NCBI GenBank assembly: GCA_963667175.2
Contig: CAXXXF010000012.1
Span: forward strand, 96,001 to 160,000
Origin: Candidatus Latescibacterota bacterium
Lineage (GTDB): Bacteria > Latescibacterota > UBA2968 > GCA-2709665
Direction: 5' to 3'
Length of the DNA: 64,000 nt
Positions 61,190 to 64,000 of this stretch are shown one piece after another. A program made the position numbers and the translations under genes. Positions within the stretch are counted from its first letter, which is position 1. Each line of letters starts with the position of its first letter. The notes beneath the pieces are model-generated. The model did not search any database. It was not told where the DNA came from and saw only the letters and a program-made list of their open reading frames with translations.

Positions 61190-63232
61190 TCAGTTCCGGA
61201 ACAGTTTCAGCCAGCGACTCGAGCGCCTTACACGTCGGTTCAGGAAGGACTCCAACCGGTCGCGTTTCAGTACGATCTGGTCCGCTACACTGGCGGTATC
61301 GTCCAGAATCCAGTCCGGAATATCGCTCTTCATCCGGCTTGACGCCATAATATCCGCAGCAATGATCACCGTGTCCCCAGCGAGCGTCCAACTGCCGGAT
61401 GGCGGCTTGCGTTCGCCGCTGTATTTGTCAGCGTGCAGCAGGTTCCCGAGAATGAGGCGCGGCCTTTCAAACGCCCGCTCCTGATACTCACTCAGGGTCA
61501 TCGGTGAACACCACGCGGGCATTTCAACGCCTGGAGGCAGGTTCTCCCGGAAGATACGGCACAGGACCTCCGATGACAGTTCAAGGGCGTCCACGTCATC
61601 ACCATCCGTACCGTCAGACCTGAGCAGTCCGTCCATTTCCGCGAGCATATGCTTCAGATACGACTGGTATAGCGCCGTACTCAGCCTTTCGCGAATTGAT
61701 GCGACCGACCGCTGGAGTCTTCGCCGGGCTGTCGGATCGTCACCCGGCAGAGACGTCCTTGTATAAATCATGAGACATCGTTTCACGATTTCCGGCAGAA
61801 AGCTTCTCGCGTCGGCATTCATGGATAGCGCGAAACACGGATACTCGGAATACGTAATGGTCTCATCCTTGATAATTTCGGGGGCGTGCCGGCTGAAGCG
61901 GTCGCGCGTGACGTCATCGAAGACCACCGGAAATCGCTTATAGGATTCCTGCAATCCGCGAAGGTTGCTTCGCGTGAAATACTGCGTTTCGACGATTCGG
62001 GGGTGAGAAAACATGGACGACATCAGCGTTTCGATCAGGCTGCTCTTTCCGCAATTGCTCTGCCCGTAGAGTACCGCGAACATCGGTTGGTCGAAGCTGA
62101 AACGACTCCGCCGCAGGGCGGCATTTCTGAGGTCGCACATAAATGGCGAAAAATAGAACCAGCACATGAACGTGAAGTAATCGCGCTGCAATCGGGCGAT
62201 ATCACCGAAAAAGCGATTCTCATAATTGCCGAAGAATTCCAACCAGGCGTCGACGTCACGTCTGACTTGAGACGGGTCAACGTCAAGGCTGAGTTCCTGG
62301 CCTGAGAGCGAGAAGACACCTCCGTTGTATGACAGGAACGTCTTCGGTCCGTCATTTTCATGGTTGGACGTGCGGATTCGCGTCATCTGCTTGACGATCG
62401 ACGACGTGAATTTGATGATTCCCTTTCTGTCGGGGCGGATGTCGGCCAGGGCCTGCCTGCGTGACGGCTTGATGTGTTCAACCTGAGACAGGACTCGAGG
62501 CACACTGTATTCGGGCTCGTTATCCTCTTCGGACGGCACGAAAATCGAGACGCCGTTGTTGCTGCGTTCAGCCTCCTTCAGTGCAGGCGTCTCCTCAATT
62601 GGCAAGAGTTCCGCCGGAACCGGCTGTTCACGCAGTGGTACCCGGCTCGAAGCGACGTCGCGAACCGCGTCGTACTGCCGGCGATAGTGGTCCCACGCAA
62701 CGTCGTCGTTGTCGAACGCGATCAATGTTTCGGCCTGCCTCCCCGAGAACGCTGTCTCCGAAAGGTTGGCCGAGCCGACGATCACCCGACGTAGTCCCTC
62801 CCGCTCCAGCAGGTAAATCTTGGCGTGCGCGATCGTGTCCTTGACGACAAAAAAGCGGGCGGATTCATCCACGGCGCGATCATAGATGAATTTCTTCCGT
62901 TCTTCGGACAGGCCCTTGATACCCACGAAACCTTTGTTCAGCTTTTCATCCACGACGGCCTGGAACCCCAGCACATCGGCGGCGTCACGAGGCAGAATGC
63001 CGCTGTGACCGAAAATACATTCGAAATCCTCGTAGTCGTAGTCCCTGAGCAACGCCAGGATCATCGGTATGCTCGGCGTATACGTGAGCGCACGCATGGA
63101 AGTGAAGCCCCCGAACAGGGCGTCTCTATCAAATCTCTCTGACTCGTTGGCGCTCGCGTACACGACGTCCAGTCCCCCACTCTGCGTGCGGGAGTAGGGA
63201 TCATTAAGCGCGAGGTTTTGTTGTGATTGCAT
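61190..63232 (-). CDS. PLD-family (NgoFVII-like) nuclease domain fused to a P-loop ATPase
   Basis: HAKIYL..IVGSANLSETAF PLD motif; GQSNCGKS Walker A, VVFDD Walker B, LSMN sensor and KR finger. Start ATG 63232 or TTG 63265. Confidence 0.75.
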   Translation of the reverse strand: MQSQQNLALNDPYSRTQSGGLDVVYASANESERFDRDALFGGFTSMRALTYTPSIPMILALLRDYDYEDFECIFGHSGILPRDAADVLGFQAVVDEKLNKGFVGIKGLSEERKKFIYDRAVDESARFFVVKDTIAHAKIYLLEREGLRRVIVGSANLSETAFSGRQAETLIAFDNDDVAWDHYRRQYDAVRDVASSRVPLREQPVPAELLPIEETPALKEAERSNNGVSIFVPSEEDNEPEYSVPRVLSQVEHIKPSRRQALADIRPDRKGIIKFTSSIVKQMTRIRTSNHENDGPKTFLSYNGGVFSLSGQELSLDVDPSQVRRDVDAWLEFFGNYENRFFGDIARLQRDYFTFMCWFYFSPFMCDLRNAALRRSRFSFDQPMFAVLYGQSNCGKSSLIETLMSSMFSHPRIVETQYFTRSNLRGLQESYKRFPVVFDDVTRDRFSRHAPEIIKDETITYSEYPCFALSMNADARSFLPEIVKRCLMIYTRTSLPGDDPTARRRLQRSVASIRERLSTALYQSYLKHMLAEMDGLLRSDGTDGDDVDALELSSEVLCRIFRENLPPGVEMPAWCSPMTLSEYQERAFERPRLILGNLLHADKYSGERKPPSGSWTLAGDTVIIAADIMASSRMKSDIPDWILDDTASVADQIVLKRDRLESFLNRRVRRSSRWLKLFRN

Positions 63233-63305
63233 TTCGTTAGAATTCCAGTCCAAGTGCCGTGTCAATGTTCATTTTGGATTGTACGGCGTGAACATAGCAC
63301 TTCCG

Positions 63306-63632
63306 CTAAATCGCAATGACCTTCGTGACACCTTCCCGTTCCGGCCAATCGATATGTATGCTTACGTCGCAATTGAGACGCTCGAGAAACCGCATCAGCC
63401 TTTCGACGCTGTAATAGGAAAACTTGCCGTTCTTCAGTCTGGAGATCTCCGGCTGCTTAACCCCCATGATCCTCGCGGCCTTCGTTTGAGTCAGCCTGCG
63501 ATGTTCCAGAATCCGGAATATTTCCGCGCCGAGTTCTGCTTTGAGCAGTTCCTCTCTGGCTTCCTCATCACCAAAGCCGAGGTCTGTAAAGACGTTGCCG
63601 CTGCCCTCTTCGACTCTTATATCCTGGCCCAT
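63306..63632 (-). CDS. XRE-family HTH protein (HTH_37/HigA-like antitoxin type)
   Basis: SGNVFTDLG, LTQTKAARIMGVKQPEISRL and FS..SVERL. Confidence 0.88.
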   Translation of the reverse strand: MGQDIRVEEGSGNVFTDLGFGDEEAREELLKAELGAEIFRILEHRRLTQTKAARIMGVKQPEISRLKNGKFSYYSVERLMRFLERLNCDVSIHIDWPEREGVTKVIAI

Positions 63633-63654
63633 AGGGGTCTCCTCACAACCCTTG

Positions 63655-64000
63655 TCACGCGCCGAACGACTTTAGCAGAATGGCCGGCAACCGTTTCAAC
63701 TCCTGGTTGCGAGGGTCCACCTCGAAGCCGCCGGACTCAAGCGCCGTCACCCCAAGCAGGGGTTCGGCGCCTTCCTCGCCATAGACGATTGTGCCGCCCA
63801 CGACCTCTCCCTCGAATTCAAGGTCGGCAGTCGTTATCTCCATGCTGATCCCGGTCCCGTCTGCGAGGGTGTACTCGCGGCGGCCCTTCGGCGTGAGTCC
63901 GATGGCTTCCAACCGAGCCCTGGGCACGAGCGAGTCGAACGCGCCGGTGTCCACCAGGAATGCGCCGGTCCAGCTTCGCTGCAGATCGGCCGGATTTCGG
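63655..64000 (-). CDS. Clan AA (retropepsin-like, AF_0612-type) aspartic protease, 5' truncated by window edge
   Basis: The frame is open to the edge: RNPADLQRSWTGAFLVDTGA, LADG, EPLLGVTALES and VDP. Confidence 0.85.
   Translation of the reverse strand, partial: RNPADLQRSWTGAFLVDTGAFDSLVPRARLEAIGLTPKGRREYTLADGTGISMEITTADLEFEGEVVGGTIVYGEEGAEPLLGVTALESGGFEVDPRNQELKRLPAILLKSFGA

Noticed and set aside
63237-63265. TTGACA upstream of the PLD-ATPase gene
   Set aside because: No acceptable -10 hexamer at 16-18 nt spacing.

Overview
High-GC bacterial chromosome segment. Protein signatures suggest an FCB-affiliated or Latescibacterota/Gemmatimonadota-like lineage, but this is inference only. About half of the window (8.5-39.6 kb, minus strand) is the core translation/transcription supercluster: tRNA-Tyr, tRNA-Gly, tRNA-Thr, rpmG, tRNA-Trp, secE, nusG, rplKAJL, rpoBC, rpsLG, fusA, tuf, and the S10, spc and alpha operons. 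The left flank holds the folD 3' end, a beta-propeller/PP2C sensor phosphatase, an adenylate kinase-like gene, a DapA-like aldolase, greA, rlmD and a GHL10 hydrolase. The right flank holds a TIM-barrel epimerase, a DUF4013-like protein, a plant-type cystathionine gamma-synthase under a SAM-II riboswitch with a clear terminator/antiterminator, a plant-type threonine synthase, a moxR-DUF58-bat operon interrupted by a GldAFG/DUF4340-like ABC cassette, a frameshifted VOC gene, and two catabolic genes. At the right edge is a putative defence module: aspartic protease, orphan XRE HTH, and a PLD-nuclease/ATPase fusion. Two families of short MITE-like elements with nested palindromic modules sit in intergenic gaps, and one family is anchored on TAG stop codons of ribosomal-operon genes. 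No rRNA genes, CRISPR arrays or transposases were seen.
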